From: Gordius albopunctatus
Taxonomy: Eukaryota
Length of the DNA: 64,000 bases
Direction: 5' to 3'
Assembly: GCA_964276515.1 (NCBI GenBank)
Contig: OZ193909.1
Span: forward strand, 15,128,001-15,192,000
Positions 48,701 through 63,239 of this stretch are shown in pieces; positions within the stretch are counted from its first letter, which is position 1, and each line of letters opens with the position of its first letter. The notes below the pieces were generated by a model. That model saw only the letters and a list, made by a program, of their open reading frames with translations, had not been told where the DNA came from and searched no databases. The position numbers and the translations under genes were made by a program.

Positions 48701-51700
48701 CCTAGCTTCTTTTCCATAGGCGAATTTGCATTGCTTGTCCGTGTTGTGAAATTCGCCGGGGTATGTATTCTTTTTCATGCTCAAATGCAATATTTCCGAC
48801 GTATTGCTTACCTTATCCTTGAAAAGGCACAAGAAAGACCTGAATACACGGGAAGATAAAATTATAATAAATTCCTAAACGAGGTTGAAAATTTAGTTTT
48901 TCGTTAAAAATTATGTAATACCTTCAAAAGAAAACAAAAATATTAAAACTTAATTTACACAACAAAACTTTCACGGCGGGAATATATACCTTAGGTTAAT
49001 TTTGATATTTCTCCTGGTGCATTGAGACCATGGTTCCGTATAAGTGCCCTGAAAATGAGAACTCATCAAATGGTTTATTGGATCGCAATCAGAAGAAGTC
49101 CGAAAACCATCGTGATCGGCCCCAAGCCTGTATTTTGTTGTTGTTTTATTTAAATAATTTTCCAGGGTGTTTACATAAATTTTTCAGCAGAAATTATAAT
49201 TTTGATTTTATAAAAGTATTGTTTATTTCGAATTTATGTTTGTAAATAAGTTTAAAATTGTAGAGCGGTTTAATGATCGTTGCGCATGCAACTTACGTGT
49301 GAGCCATCTCGTGGGCTACTATAAAGGAAGTTTTAAAGCCTTCGTTGTTAGAAATGAGGACTCCCTTTTCTGGCCGGCATACGGATTGAGTATTGGCATA
49401 ACCTGAAGGACGACAGAAATATCGTATTTTACACAAATATTGTGCAACGAAACTTAGTATTTTATCTACAAAATTTGCTTACCTATGGCTATGTTGACTT
49501 TGGATACCCTCCTTATGATTAAGGGATCCCTAAATTTGGCGAACATAATCATGAATAAATTTGTTAACATTTTGTTATTTTGTAAATTGTAATGTTTTTT
49601 AATATTGGTATTACTCAGTTAATAATATTGCAATGTCCCAGTGTTGATCTCGAGATTTTAGCCTCTCTTGGTATTGGTAGCGGCTAAAGTCGTTCAACAT
49701 TGAATCAGCGGTGTCATCCCTGCGAGATGACTGCACATAAAAATGTAATTTAGTTCATTATTTTTATTCATTTAAAAATCATTTACCAATTAGATCAAAA
49801 ATTTAATAACAAAAACTTGAATTTGTTAAAATAATTTTTACCCATCGGTCGGGGAGGATGGTCAGGTAGGATAAGCGTACGTTAATGGCTTCTCCCATGC
49901 TCCTGTGTAGATACAATATTTGAACCTAGAAAAAAGGGAAATAATTTGTTTCAAAAATATAAGGCAAATACAGAGTGCTCAGCTTTAAGGATTTTTTTAT
50001 TGTCTTTTTAAAGCAATAAATCGATTTTTTTAACTTTTGAACTATAAAATTTTTTAAGATTATACATTTTCTCAAAATTACTCTGCAACGTTAATTACAG
50101 ACTACACTCATTGAAGTTTATGTTTCTCACTACTATTTATACTTACCACGCTCATTAAATTTTTGATATATTTTTGCAGGATTTTGTACTGGTCCTCTTC
50201 TGACTTTTCCCTCAACAAGATGTAAGATCTTTGGTATATTTTTTGCACCGACTCCTGACTACAAAACACCGCTAGGTCTAGAATGATTTCTTTATCATTA
50301 GGGTTCCAATCGAATAACGCCTGATCCGATATTATTGGTAACGGTATGGGTTCATCTACAGTATAAAACCCATTTCAATCATATTGTAAAACTTTCACTT
50401 TTGAAACGGAAAAGTTAATATCTGTTTCATTGCAAACTATGATTTAACTCTATGTCAGCTAAAACCCGAATTTTATGTAATCTCAGGTTTCCTCTAGCCA
50501 TTTTTATAAATTTTGATGGGGTCATATTGATCCCAGCACGAGTAGTTCATATCAGTCATACCTAATGGGCAAGATGGTAATTCCTCGTCGATTACAACAT
50601 CTTTGTCCATAGTTGAGCGTTTAGACCGCCGTTTGTAATCGAGTGGTTTAATGAGATGGATATTGTGGGAAAGGGCCCTTCGAAATCGTTTATTCCTTCG
50701 CAATGATCCTCCAATATTTACGGGGTGGATATCATAAATAATTCCCTCCGACTTAATCACTCCTTGCTATCATCATAAAATGTTTGAAAAAATTATCTAA
50801 ATTAAAATTTATAAAACTTGGGTGTAAATATGTGACAAACATGGTCGTAGCCAGCATTGGAATTAGAGGGGGTCCGTAATGATTTAGGGAGGGGCAAAAT
50901 AATCATTTTTGACATTTTAGCCATAATTTTAATGAATTTCAACAAATTTATGGATTTAGAAGGGGGCTGCCGCCCCTCCCTGCCCCCAAGTGGCTACGCC
51001 CATGGTGACAAATTCTTGTAATGGGAGGTGGGCGCTAGACTTAACTAATAGATTGAGCCAAACTGCTTTCTAAAACCTAATAACTCATATTTAAAAAAAT
51101 GTTCAATAAAGTTTATGTATTCATTAAACAAATTCGTGGAGAAAAATACATGGTTTTGTTGATTTATTTCTATTACATCTAGGGACTTACTAAAGTGTCT
51201 CGACACTCGTAAATGGATGCATAACTCCCGTTTTCGCTGTCAATTTGTCCGAAGTAATTGGAACATTCATTTTCATTTTTTTCGTCCTTAATAAGCTTTG
51301 TAAGTTCCTTAAGTTCTACGCTCGTGCGATTTTCTTGTACCACGACCATTTTGAAGAGCGGCGATATGAGGTGCAGTTTGCGTTGCAGCATTAGCAGTTT
51401 TGTGCGATTGCCAATATGAATTTGGTAATACTTTTTGATCATGTTCCCATCTCGTTCCATCCCCGACTCAGGAAAATTCCATTCTCCCCCTTCACGTGTC
51501 GCGTTATCGTTAGAGTTACTTTCATTTAACAGCTCTAGGTACGAAGCGATAATAGTACTAGCGTTTTCAGCCGCAGGATAAGGGTTGGGTTCTATATCTA
51601 CGGCAGTGTAATTGTTTAACAGGTTTATATCGTTAATAATGCCGAAAGTTGTCTCATTTCCAACTTCCTGGTGATAAGATTCAATCCTTTCACCCTTAGC

Positions 51701-52244
51701 TGATATTATTGAATGATTGTGAACGCGTGTCTCTTCTCCGGTGGTGTCATTTAAATGTGGTGATTCGTTAGACGATACTCCTACAACCGGTTTTATGATG
51801 TGATGTTCCAATGTTGTTACGTTGGGAGATGTAGCGTTTTGGAATACCTTTTCCACTTTTACTATTTTAACGAGCTCTGGGTCAATATCTACGACATAAG
51901 AATTTTAAGGATTTTATTGAATAATTGTGAGTTAAATTACCATTGAGGCTTAGTAGGTTGCTCAAGTCTCTTCGGTTGCGAAACACCTCGTATTTGATAG
52001 ATGATTGCTGTTTATATAATAGACACAAATAAAAAAAATTGCATGGATCAAAGTTTTTATCCTTAGTTGAAAATGTATTTAGTTAATTCTCGCATTTGTT
52101 ATACTATAACCTATGCTTGAAGACCTAATTATTAATTTAATCACTCTTAATTACCATTGAATCGCTAATTTTGGTTGAAGTGGCATAATTGTGGCAGATT
52201 TTGGAACAGAACATTCCTATTATTATTGCATTCATGGTCCACAT
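45769..52244 (-). CDS. ADAMTS-like secreted zinc metalloprotease (signal-pro-M12B-disintegrin-like-TSP1-partial Cys-rich)
   Basis: Exons 52244-52155, 52007-51941, 51888-51191, 50766-50562, 50355-50147, 49925-49842, 49730-49615, 49529-49483, 49402-49297, 49127-48990, 48839-48680, 48569-48471, 48253-48048, 46651-46582, 46485-46383, 45899-45769, all in phase. Furin sites RNKR and RSKR, HWDIAILLT, zinc motif HEMAHTLGADHD, Met-turn HLMS, YPGEFHNTDKQC, and TSP1 NGNWGPW..RKCDNPPPQMGGRGC. Confidence 0.93.
46820..47873 (-). mobile_element. 5'-truncated Penelope-like element (RT + GIY-YIG) in an ADAMTS intron
   Basis: ORF 46881-47873 with PIAPVLANIFL, WCRYVDDIF, IKFTFEIE..LPFLDV, VYHKPT and [41 protein letters not shown]. 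Confidence 0.93.
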
Positions 52245-54814
52245 CAAAGTTTTGGTTGATAATACTAATCTAGGATCGAATGGGTCAAAAAGTGGCTAGC
52301 TATAAATACGTTTCCCGAAAAACACTGCGAATCGATGAGGGTTCCTGCAGCAGCGCGTTTATCAAAACGGTCTGGGAGGGTGGAGGGAATGGGGCGCACA
52401 AAATGACACGATGACAAATTTATCGCATCGTTTCTAACGAACGAAAACATAAATAACATTTTTAAAACTACGCTTACTCCTTCGCTAATGTTGGAAGGAG
52501 TGTAGTAAGTATATGGCGGGGATGTGCAAATGGGGTGTACGTCCTGAGAGATGCCATAATATAATGTTAATGAGAGGATTTCGACGCATACCCATGCCCC
52601 CCCCCCGCCGCCGCCTTATTTTTATACTATTTAAAAACTTGCCTGGTCCTATAAGGCCGGCCCGGCCACCCTCTCATTCCTTCTATATTTGTAAAATTAC
52701 CTCCAGGTATAGCAGACTTAAACGCTACTTTCTTCTTTGAAAGACTATGTGCTCTAACAAGTATTTAAATATTACTAACAATTTATTGAATCATACGCGC
52801 GCCGCCCGTATGTGCACTAGTTGTCCCCTTCATAATAATAACTTGAGACGACACGCTGTCTGTAAAACACTCAAAATGTTGTGACACACCTTGCTCGTGT
52901 GGTAAAAATGCCCCAAGGCTGTAGACGAGATTTTTATGGAAATTACAGTAAAACAAAAGAGACTTTTTTCACTAAGTACCTACCTACCTTAAAAGCGCAC
53001 CACTCTGATTCACCCATCTGAAAAATTATTAAGTCTTATGTGACTCAAGAAAATGAACCGAAGGCAGTAGAAGAACATAATTTGTCAGTTCTTCCTTTGA
53101 AGTTAAACAGGCACACTATAATTAGGTGGTAAAAGGTTTAAAACAATCTTTAGTATAATAAATTATGTTTAATGTCAAAAAAATATATAGTTTTGATAAA
53201 GAAACTGCATTAGTGTATTATCAAGAGATAGGCTATTAATTTTGCTGATTCGTATACCATCGAATTCTTGCAATTACCTCGAGGCGTATAACCTATTTAA
53301 ATTTTAGCGAAATATTTAGCAGGATGTTAGTGTATAAATAAGTCGTTAGTTAAATACAGGTAGGTACCTGTGTGATTTATCAATGCCCGCATTATTTTTG
53401 CTACAAAGACATTCTCCGAGATTAAATGTCTCCGGGACATAATAAACATATTTAAGGGGAATTTAAGAATCGGTCTTAGCTTATAACTGCCGCCGGCTTT
53501 AATCAAATCATACCCCCGACTGCGACAAATTATTCAACGGGACACGATAGCCCCACCCCCCATTCAAGCACACATCTCAAAAGGAGTTTGGAATGTTAAA
53601 ACTCGTTAACTTATTCGTAAATACCATTTTTTAGGTCTTGCACCAAGCAATCTTTCACTTCAAAATATACGAGGTATTTATCTACCAAACTAGGCTAGAC
53701 ATTGCGGGGCTATTTTTTTCGAAAAATACGTTTAGGCTACTAAGCTATGAATACAAATTAGGATAGGTATTCATTTATTGTTTCTATAATTTCGACTGTC
53801 TCTCCTGTCTGCACTTTTAGCTTTCGAAATATTACAAAAGCGTCTTGTTTTCAACTTGTCGCACAAAAGGAGAAGTTTTGTGATGTAATACCTAGACATG
53901 GGAGAGTCAATGAGAGAGAGGTTAAGTAGGAGGAGCTACTTATATAACCATTTCTCGCCTAGACTTTTATAATTAATTATATTAACCTCGCTTATTACCT
54001 CGAGCTTAGCCAAACAAAACCGTTACAAGGAACAAATACCTTATTACATACACAACGATTAAAATATTAGGTTAAAGCAGGCTGGTCTTATATTGGTTTT
54101 GCCAGCTAGGTTCGTGTTTTATAATTGAATTATCATCGGGTTCAGTTTAAATTTATAAATAAAATCCGTTTGATTTGATTTTCCACAATAATGTTTTATA
54201 CTTTTTAGGTATTGACAAGCCTTTAGCCCATCTGTATGACTAAGACTTTGTAAATTAATAAGAATGAAGCTATATTTATTAGTCATGCTTTGTACTAATA
54301 ATTTCCGGTACCATAGGCGTAGGCCAGGGGGAAGCAAGGAAGGGCGGTTGCCGCCCCCCAATCCTAAACCATTTATTTAATAAAAGTATGGATACATTTC
54401 AATGGTCTCCCATTAATTCAAATCTTTATAATTTGAACATATCCCTTTTGTGACATTGGGACAAATTTATTATATTACTTGATTTATTTAAAAAAATGTC
54501 GAACTAATGTAAAAGAAAAATAGTTATACAGCAAACACGGATGTAAATCAATCTTTTTAATTTGAGTTCAACAAGCATTTTATGTAATAATTAAAAATTG
54601 AATTGGCTTTTTCTAAATTTTACCCCAAGTTTATGAACGTGTTCATGGAAATTACCGACCGATACATAAACATGTCATATCTTGTTCATAAAATGTGGAA
54701 TTTCGCCTGAATCCACTAATTTATTACCCCCATCCCATCCTCCAATAACAGCGACAATCCCTTTGTCTAAATTAATACTCACACCCTATCTAAACTGGGC
54801 ATTCCTATATTAAC

Positions 54815-55170
54815 TGCTATGCAATTTATGGGCTCGCTTTTTGTTGCCCGTCCGTCCGTTGTCCTCCAATGTATTTACACTGGCTTTCTGACTTGCAGGT
54901 TCAGGTTCAATCCCCGGAGAGGACTATTTTGTTTTTGTTAATACCATTGATAATATGACTTTTTGGCCGTCCGCTGGCTACTGACCAATGAAAAAATGAC
55001 CATTGGCCAAATTGTGATTCGATTTTTTTCCGTTTTTATTCCCTAGATGTGAATCAATGACCATTGGCCAAATTGTGATTTGAAATTTTTTTTCGTCTCT
55101 TATGTATTTAAATCCTTTTTGACCGTGTCCTGGCTACTGTCCAATAAAAAAATGACCATTGGCCAAATTA
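54815..55170 (+). mobile_element. Partial DINE-1/HINE-like copy
   Basis: tgctatgcaatttatgggc, then ccgtccgtccgt, a ggttcaatccccgg box and aatgaccattggccaaatt repeats. Confidence 0.7.
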
Positions 55171-56865
55171 TATTTCGTTGATTAGGACGGCATCTTATAA
55201 GTTATAAAAGAAATTTATCAGCAGGAAACTTAGTTACAAATGGTAAAAAAAATTTTATTTCCTTGTCATTTGTCAATAAGAAATCAATTTAAATTCCATG
55301 AAAATATATTTTGTACTTTATCAAAAAATATGCTTCTATTCACCCCCCCCCTTTAAATCCAAAAATTTGTTGAAATTTATTAAAAGTACGGCAGGCCGAA
55401 AATTTCTGCAACATTAATGTAATTCATTATATATATTCGTAAATTCTAGCAACTTTTGCTAGTTAAAAAAGATATTTGTTTCGATTAAGAGTTTTTGGAC
55501 TATTTTGTTAATTATCACATAATTAACTAAGTTATTACATTGAGTATTTATACAACTTGCAATCTTCCTTTAAATCTGCAGGTACTTAGAAATAGTATTT
55601 TAAGCGATCTTAAAATTTTATCAGCTTTTTTTGGATGTGTTAATTATAACAAAACATGGTTTATTTTAAAGAACCAGAAAAAGTTTCAAGATTTTTTTGT
55701 ATGGTTATAAGCGGTGCATCGTTTACATATATCTTATTCGCTAGCATTATGATATATTATGACAAGTGCGTAATAAGGTGGGGCAGCGCCCCCCTTCCTT
55801 TTTTAAATTCAAAAAATTTATTTTTAATTAAGTGGATTTAAGCTAAAATGAAAAAAAAAATTGTTTTGCACTACGCTAGCTTTCCTCCATGTATGAATCT
55901 AATAAAATACTGTTTTAGGGTTAATTTAAGCACTCGGTAATGTATCTTGATTGCTAGGAAACGAGATGGGTATAACTAATATTATCGATAATTCGAATCA
56001 ATAAATATTATGCGATTAGATAGTTTTGAAATCGAATTTATTATCACCCTATTACAAGTATAATGGGGGAGGGAGAGGGGAAGTGTATTTAAAATGTTTC
56101 AATCAAATGCTGCGCAATTTACGGGGGATCTATTTTGCCAGAAAAATGTCCCATAGCAAATAATATTATTATTAATGGCAGCAATTGCTTATAGATGCTA
56201 TGTTTCGATATTTATTTCCATACCCTTTTTCACCTTAAATTTTGGTTTTTTTAAATATAGTTATTTGGCTATACGTTTTATGGATATTAGATCAATTTGA
56301 TTATAATTTCAAATATGACCCATTTTACATTTGTTGTAAAGTTCCTATATTTCATACATGGGTATAGCCAAGGGGGGCAGAGAGGGGCGGTTGCTTTCCT
56401 CTAAATCCAAAAAATGATGATTTTGCCCTTCCCTAGATCATTATTGCCCCCCTCTAATTCCAATGCTGGCTAGGCCCAGAAATAAATGTGTTAATGAATG
56501 AAAAATCTGGTATTTTAATTGAAATATATTGTAATGAATTTTTTTTTCCTTACTACTATATGTTTGTAAATGTATACTTATTAAACACTTAAATTATCTC
56601 GTAACCATAATTAAAGTTTTGCAATTTTATATTTTTATTTTACTTACAGTATAGGCTCAATCAATACACATTTTAAATTTTAACTTTAAAATAGTACAAA
56701 GTTTAGGCCTTAAATATAATAATAAAATTTATGATATTTTTGAATCCTGATTTTAATTATACAATATACTAATTCAAATGTTGGCTACCCCCATGAAACC
56801 TTCTAAGGACCTATATAAATTACAATTAATTTCCGAAAATATTATGTTTAATTCTGCTATTATTA

Positions 56866-57173
56866 ATTGCTATGCAATTTATGGGCTCACTTTCCATTTT
56901 CCGATGTCTTGTCACGCTTTTCGTCGTGGTTAGCACTGAAATCGCTTGGAAGTGGGTTCGATACCCGGGGAGGCCAATTTTTTTAATTAAATGGAAAATT
57001 TGTATTAATAATTAACTAATCATTTTGCATTTACAACCCCCCCCCCCTATAAGCAATCTCGCCCCTTCCAACCTTTCTCGCCCATAAATTGCATAGAAAA
57101 TGTGCTACTTTTATACGGGGTATAGATGAGTCGTTCCCCCTCCCCTCCCCACGAGGGCCGAAGCCCTGAGTTT
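56866..57173 (+). mobile_element. Short complete DINE-1/HINE-like copy
   Basis: Subterminal IR ttgctatgcaatttatgggc / gcccataaattgcatag and 3' hairpin agggc-cgaa-gccct followed by gagttt; a single tRNA-like segment inside. Confidence 0.75.
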
Positions 57174-57272
57174 ATTGAATTATTTAGGAATTTAAAAACT
57201 CTCACAACAATCAATGATCGTTTGATTAAAATTCAATTTGATATGCACGATATATCAAGCAATATCAAATAT

Positions 57273-60200
57273 TTAAATATTATTATCGACACGTGTTAAT
57301 TCATTTTGTGGAAAAACATCGTTGGTCATAGTTTCATTCCACAAATCGCTATTAATTGTGTAATCTAACGAATGAATTTGATCCGTATTGCACATCATTT
57401 CTCCGACGCAAGGATGGGTCTTATTCAAGGTATAAATGCAAGACGAGTGTTTGACGCACAACCGCAGGCATATGAGTGATTTTGCACAGTACTTTATAGG
57501 GCCTAATTTAGAAATCATTGCCTGCAAAAGGTTAGCATTTTTTAGACCTTCTTCCAATATCCATGAATCAAAAGGGGTTGAACATATATCTTTTAACGAA
57601 ATCAGGGATAGTAGTATCTGCAGCGCGAATAAAAATCACTTAAAATAAGAACCTCAATTTGAAAAGTATTTTAGATTTGTTAAATTAAAAGCCATTATTA
57701 AAATAAAAATTGAAGACCTTGACTACTAGGATTAACAAATGCACTTCAATTCAACAAAATTCTGAAAAATGTTAATAAAACGAAAGAGGGTGAGTCTTAC
57801 TTGAGAAAGCATTGAATTCAGAGTTGGAAAGTTTAAGAGAAATATTTCTGCGAGATCGGGTACATAGTTAAACACTGTGGGTTGCAGCGAATTATATTCT
57901 TGGTCGATTGAATCTGAATTTTCACGATCCTCTTCAAAATTCACTTTTGTAACATTTTTCAATCGCAGTTCTTGATTATTTTTAAATTCCCGTGCGACTC
58001 CTTGAGATTTCATTTGTTTTGCATGCATTTTATGGATTTTGTTTATCCAAAATACGACATCCTCCTTGTCGATGGTGTGAATTAGCTTTACTGAAGTCCT
58101 AACAATTTCTTTGACCATTTCAACCTTCAGTTTAGTTTCTTCCTTGAAAAGGTCACTTAAAAGCTCAGCCACAATGTTTTTAAGCTTAACCACGAGGGCA
58201 TGGAGTTGAGCTATCGAATGAGGCCTGGAACCTAAATAAAAATGGTCAAAACTACATTATAGAGGTAGCTATGATTGAATTAAATTGGATGATAAATAAA
58301 ACACAAAAGTTTGCTTTGAATATTCCATGCAAATGATTTTAAAGCCCGCCCATATTTTTAGAATTTGCTTAAAATTTTTTAACGCTTAAATGAAAAAAAT
58401 ATTGAATTAATTCAAATTTTGTATTATACACAAAAATTATAAATAATTATTAATATAGCCGTGTGCTGCCAGGTCCCTGTCGTACCCAACCCGACGCATA
58501 GTAAAAGCCGAGTTTGCAGACCATACTTTTCAAGCCATATTCGTCTTTGGGGTACTCTAATAATAAGTATACACATTTGTATCCACACATCAAGGTGACG
58601 AGATCGAACGCGCTATAGGGTACTTGCAAAACGTTCGCTCGCACTAGGACTATGCAAGTGAAGGAATTAACTGCGATATGGGCAGAAAATGGTCCCGTGG
58701 TACAATTTAAAGTGCAATCACTTGACCTGGCTTCCATATTTGATATTTGTAAATAGACTCTTGTTAGAAGGACTGTGTAAGGGTTAGAGATTTCGAGATT
58801 TTTTATTAACTCATGATCTTCTAAGACATTTTGGGTTATGATAAAAACTGAGCTGTTCCCTTCTTCAACATCAATCTCGTCTAATTCATCCTAAAAGTGT
58901 TTTTAAATATTACTTAGGTAATAATGGTCAAACTTTATCATCAAGATTTAATATTAAGAAGACAATATAACGATTTATACTCTATCATGGCTCCACCCTG
59001 TAGTGTTTTTTAAGCATTTGTAGATGCAATTGGAGTTTATCATTGATCTCAAATTGGCATTAATAGATATATTTGAGGCATCTCGAATAAAATCGATGAA
59101 AACCCCGAAAATAGTCTTAACCAGGTCCCAAAATTTTTCGCTCCCTATCAGGCATCTTTGAACCGTAGGAGAACAAATGAGAATCATCGTACATGGCTCT
59201 TTTCTATTGCAAATTTTATAATTTCATAAAAAACAATAATTTACAAACAAATTTTTATCACTAATGATAATGGCCGTAGCGAGCGTTGGGAGGGGCGAAA
59301 TGATAATTTTTTTGAGATTTTAGCCATAATTTTAATGAATGTCAAAGAATTCTTGGAGTTAAATTGGGGCAGCCGCCCCTCCCTGACTTTCCCTGACTAC
59401 GCCCATATAATTAATTGCTGATACTAAACACCATTCAAGGTGACATCATTGGATTTACTTAATGATTTGGTTAAGTCTTTCGACAAAAACTTCAACAATA
59501 TCGAAAATTGAATCGTAATCTCCTTCAGACAACTGTAAAATGCAAGAATCGACGCAAAATTTGCTGCTTAACATGTAACTCAACTCTTTGGCCAACACAT
59601 TAATGTAGCTCCAATTTTCATTATCATGATTAGGCACCAGAATTAAAACATTCTTTTTAAAATATGATCCCGATGAAATGGGCAAAGCTTCTATGTTCGT
59701 TTTGAGATGTTTAATCGGGTTGGTTGCTTTATCATTTTTGGGTATCGCAAAAATAGTTTGAAAAATCTAAAAAAATGAGTTATAGGCTCGCGTAAAAAAT
59801 TATTTACTATTTGGGCCACCATGTCTATTTTAGGGTGTTTCGTAATATCAAAATTGCTCTCGGCAGCTTTAGTTCCTTTGGTCTGACAGTAAAATTGGTC
59901 GACTACACTCGTGTTATCGTTATAAGTATCATTGAGGAAAAAGCTCTGATTTTCTGGCATCATTCTAGGCTGAGGTAATATGAGCTTCTGTAATTTACTT
60001 CCACCATTATAAACATTTTGTAAAGTCCTCGCTATAATTTCTATCCCATCACCCTTAACTCCATCAAAAAATCTAAGATTCTGGTTGGAAAAGCAATTGC
60101 GACAGTTCCCCAACCATGACATAAATACACTTTGGTCACCATTTTGAATTGTCTCATTTGCTATGTTAGAGTGGTAATCATAAAGGCGCATTGAAACCAC

Positions 60201-60787
60201 TTGGTGCCCACTAGATAGATTTTTTAAGTGGGCTAACCATTGGTTAACGGTGCTATTGAGGTCGGTTAAAATAGCCAAAGAACTCAAATAACTATATTCG
60301 TCGAGGTAATGGAATATTAGAGAAAGGTGATATAGTAAGTAGAGGTGGATGGACATTACATTCAGGACCTGGTTGTGACCATTCGTTTGCCTCGTGTCTT
60401 AGAAAAAAGCAATAAAATTAATATTTAAGTGACAATTTTTATGTAATTTTATATTAAAAAGTGCTTTTGAAACATTATCATATACCCACCCGTAGCGTCT
60501 GTACAATTTTCAATTAGGTCCGTGATAAAATATCGGACCATTTCAACTTTCTTTTCCTGCGATTTTTGAATCTTTAAATCGGTGTAAAAATTTAACACTC
60601 CCGACAACAAAGGCCCGTTTACATCGAGTAAATTTAGCCAAGTTGGGTAAAGGCTGAAAGTATTTTGCCATAGGTTATCTGTAAAAACTAGGCAGAGCGA
60701 GAGAAAAGATACTTCACAATTAAGATTTTGTGGGCTAATTTTAGTAAAAATTTCATATTTTTCATCATCTTCTCCTGATAAATCATC
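57273..60787 (-). CDS. SHOC1: Probable SHOC1/Zip2-like meiotic crossover protein (XPF-like domain + HhH); 5' end not resolved
   Basis: Phase-consistent exons 60787-60718, 60678-60490, 60397-59808, 59766-59459, 59203-58981, 58890-58491, 58231-57801, 57617-57273. Motifs HPKIDMV, VFIITQNVLEDHELIKNLE..LLTR..IAVNSFTCIVL..YKCVYLLLE and PDLAEIFLLNFPTLNSMLSQILL resemble the SHOC1 C-terminus as I recall it; not search-verified. Confidence 0.62.
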
Positions 60788-62620
60788 CTGATATAAAATG
60801 CATAATAAATAACTTTGATATGGATAAAAAAAAACTAATGATTGAATTGATTAGAATAGAAAAATATAGCGATTCATAATATTAAATCCAAAAAGATAAT
60901 GTTAAAATTCGGCTTTTGTGATTGTTAGAATAATATATGTTTCACGGAAAATCAATATATTATATGTAAAAATAGCTTTACAAATTAATTTATTTCAGCC
61001 AATTTTAGCGTGGTAGGTATAACATATAAAATTCTGAATAATTTGGATTCATATATAATTTCTGACGCTTAAAATTAAAATTTTTACCAAGTTACATAAT
61101 CTAAGTTTAATAATTATAATAAAAAAATGCCTGATAAAAATTGATAAAGGAATGCCCTGAAATCTAAATTTAAAAAAGTTTAAAGTTTCATTTTAATGAT
61201 TATTATTGGTGTCGCAAAAAATATGGCAATTCTAAAATTCATAGCCAACCCCTCAATGATGAAATCGCGAAAAGAAATTGTGGGATAAACTATATCCTAA
61301 ATTATAAATATAACACATATTTATGGGAAACTCTATTGTATATAATTAAAAGTGAAATATAAATAATTATTTATCATTAAAATATTAGGTAAAACGCGCA
61401 AAATGTTTTAACAAAAGTTAATAAAAAATAATAAATTATGGGACTAGAAGCATTGGAACACATGAAAATAGAGTATACGTTATTGAATATCGATGAGTTT
61501 TTAAATTACGACTCTCACTTTTTAATCGCGCTACATTTCTCGAGTACCGATAGTCATAGCGCGCTAGCGTAAAAATACAGCGCATCACTTTATTTAGCTC
61601 TTTGAATTATAATTTATAGATTGTTTTTGGACTTTAAATGTAAAATTAACTGACAATTGTTAATTAACGATACTTTAAAATGGTTCGCTATTCTTCCTAA
61701 AGAAATTTAACAACCCTTGTGTATGCATGTTTAGTGTTATATTACTCTTCATTCATTTCTAACAGCAATTTATCTTTAAAACACCTCCTATACCTTAATA
61801 ATGACCTCATATGGGCTTAAAATTAAAACCCTTGCATCCATCTTTCTTCATTCATCCGACGAGACCACTCCTAAATTTTCTGAGAATGAATAGAGTTTGC
61901 TTATTTGTTCTAACGTTAATAACTTGCAAATTAATATGTAAAAATTTATTTTTAGATTTAATTCGTAGATAAAGAGGAGAGAAATGTATTTGCAATTTTT
62001 TTTAACCTAGCACATTTACTTTTTAAATTATATACAAAAAAATAATTTGTCCCCCTATCCTTTTACATTTACAAATTGCTCTAGCCTTGCGGCCGTCGTC
62101 CCTCCTCTTTAACATTAACACTAGGAATTAAGTGTGTATTGTTGTTTATCTACTTCACTCATAGACTACTGCTGTCCGTTGTGTTGTGCTTGTATGTACA
62201 ACTTCCTAGATTCGCTTATGCAAAATATTTTATTATTTTAATAATAATGGGTAAAAAAACATAAAATCATACGGCTAAGGTTAATTATATTGCAAAAATA
62301 CAATTTGTGCTCACCCTTTCCAACCCATTTTTTGCCCGCAAGTAAAGTGCACGTTTATTTTTTGTGTATTAATTTTTTTACCAAAATTAATTTATAGTAT
62401 TGTTTGAGGGTATATTTATCTTTTATAAATTGTAGTAATAAAATTTAAATTAGTTTAATCTTTTTTATCGATAGAAGTTTATTTCCAAATAATTAGGTAT
62501 GTTATACGCTAAAATATATGAAAGTAATAAGCTGGCATAGAGCCAAAAAAAATTTAAAAGCAATTTTCGCTTATTACCGTTTCACGAAACGAATTTATAG
62601 GAAAAAGTCTAGATGGGAAT

Positions 62621-62800
62621 TAGTGATGATCAAAACCTAGGTCAGGTTTTCCCGAGGTCCAACCTCAGGTCGGTTTTAGGTTCGGGTGTTCAAAAACCTG
62701 GAGGTTGATCCCGAAAATCAACCTGAAAAACCTTCAGGTCAATTTTATCCCCAACCTGAAACCCAGGTTGACCTCAGGTTAACCTGATAAAAATCTCTTG
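62621..62800. mobile_element. hAT-like MITE end
   Basis: tagtgatgatc terminus followed by aacct/aggtt subterminal repeats. Confidence 0.5.
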
Positions 62801-63239
62801 TTTTATGCGATAAATTTTAGAATAAATTTTTATTTTACTTTAACTATTTTCCTTTTTCAAGATGCGTCACACTTTTTAAATATTTACAATTTTAAATGAA
62901 AAAATAGTTTTTGGTTATTATTTAAAAAAAATAAGATTTTTTTTATATAAAAATTTAATTAATTGTTAAACATGTATATTACTCGATAACGCCATCTATA
63001 TGTTTATTAATCCGAAAGGTTGGTTATGCCATTCCTTTCGGATCCCCTGGCTACGCTTTTACGTTTCACCAGGGGGTATTTTATTAACGCGTTATTTCAC
63101 TATAGTAAGCAATATAATACAGCGGTGCGCGTATATGTATGTGGGTATTAGAACGAAAATTTTGGGGGAGAATAAGGGTAAAGTAAAAAAGGCAGAGAGG
63201 GTAAGTGCGTAAAACACGTGGAACAGAAAAAATATGAGC

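Noticed and set aside
50494..50561. GC donor at the end of ORF 50494-50760
   Set aside because: A canonical phase-1 donor tta g|gtatga at 50561 explains the splice.
56925..56976. Possible tRNA gene
   Set aside because: Only A/B-box-like remnants with no full cloverleaf; it lies inside a repeat element.
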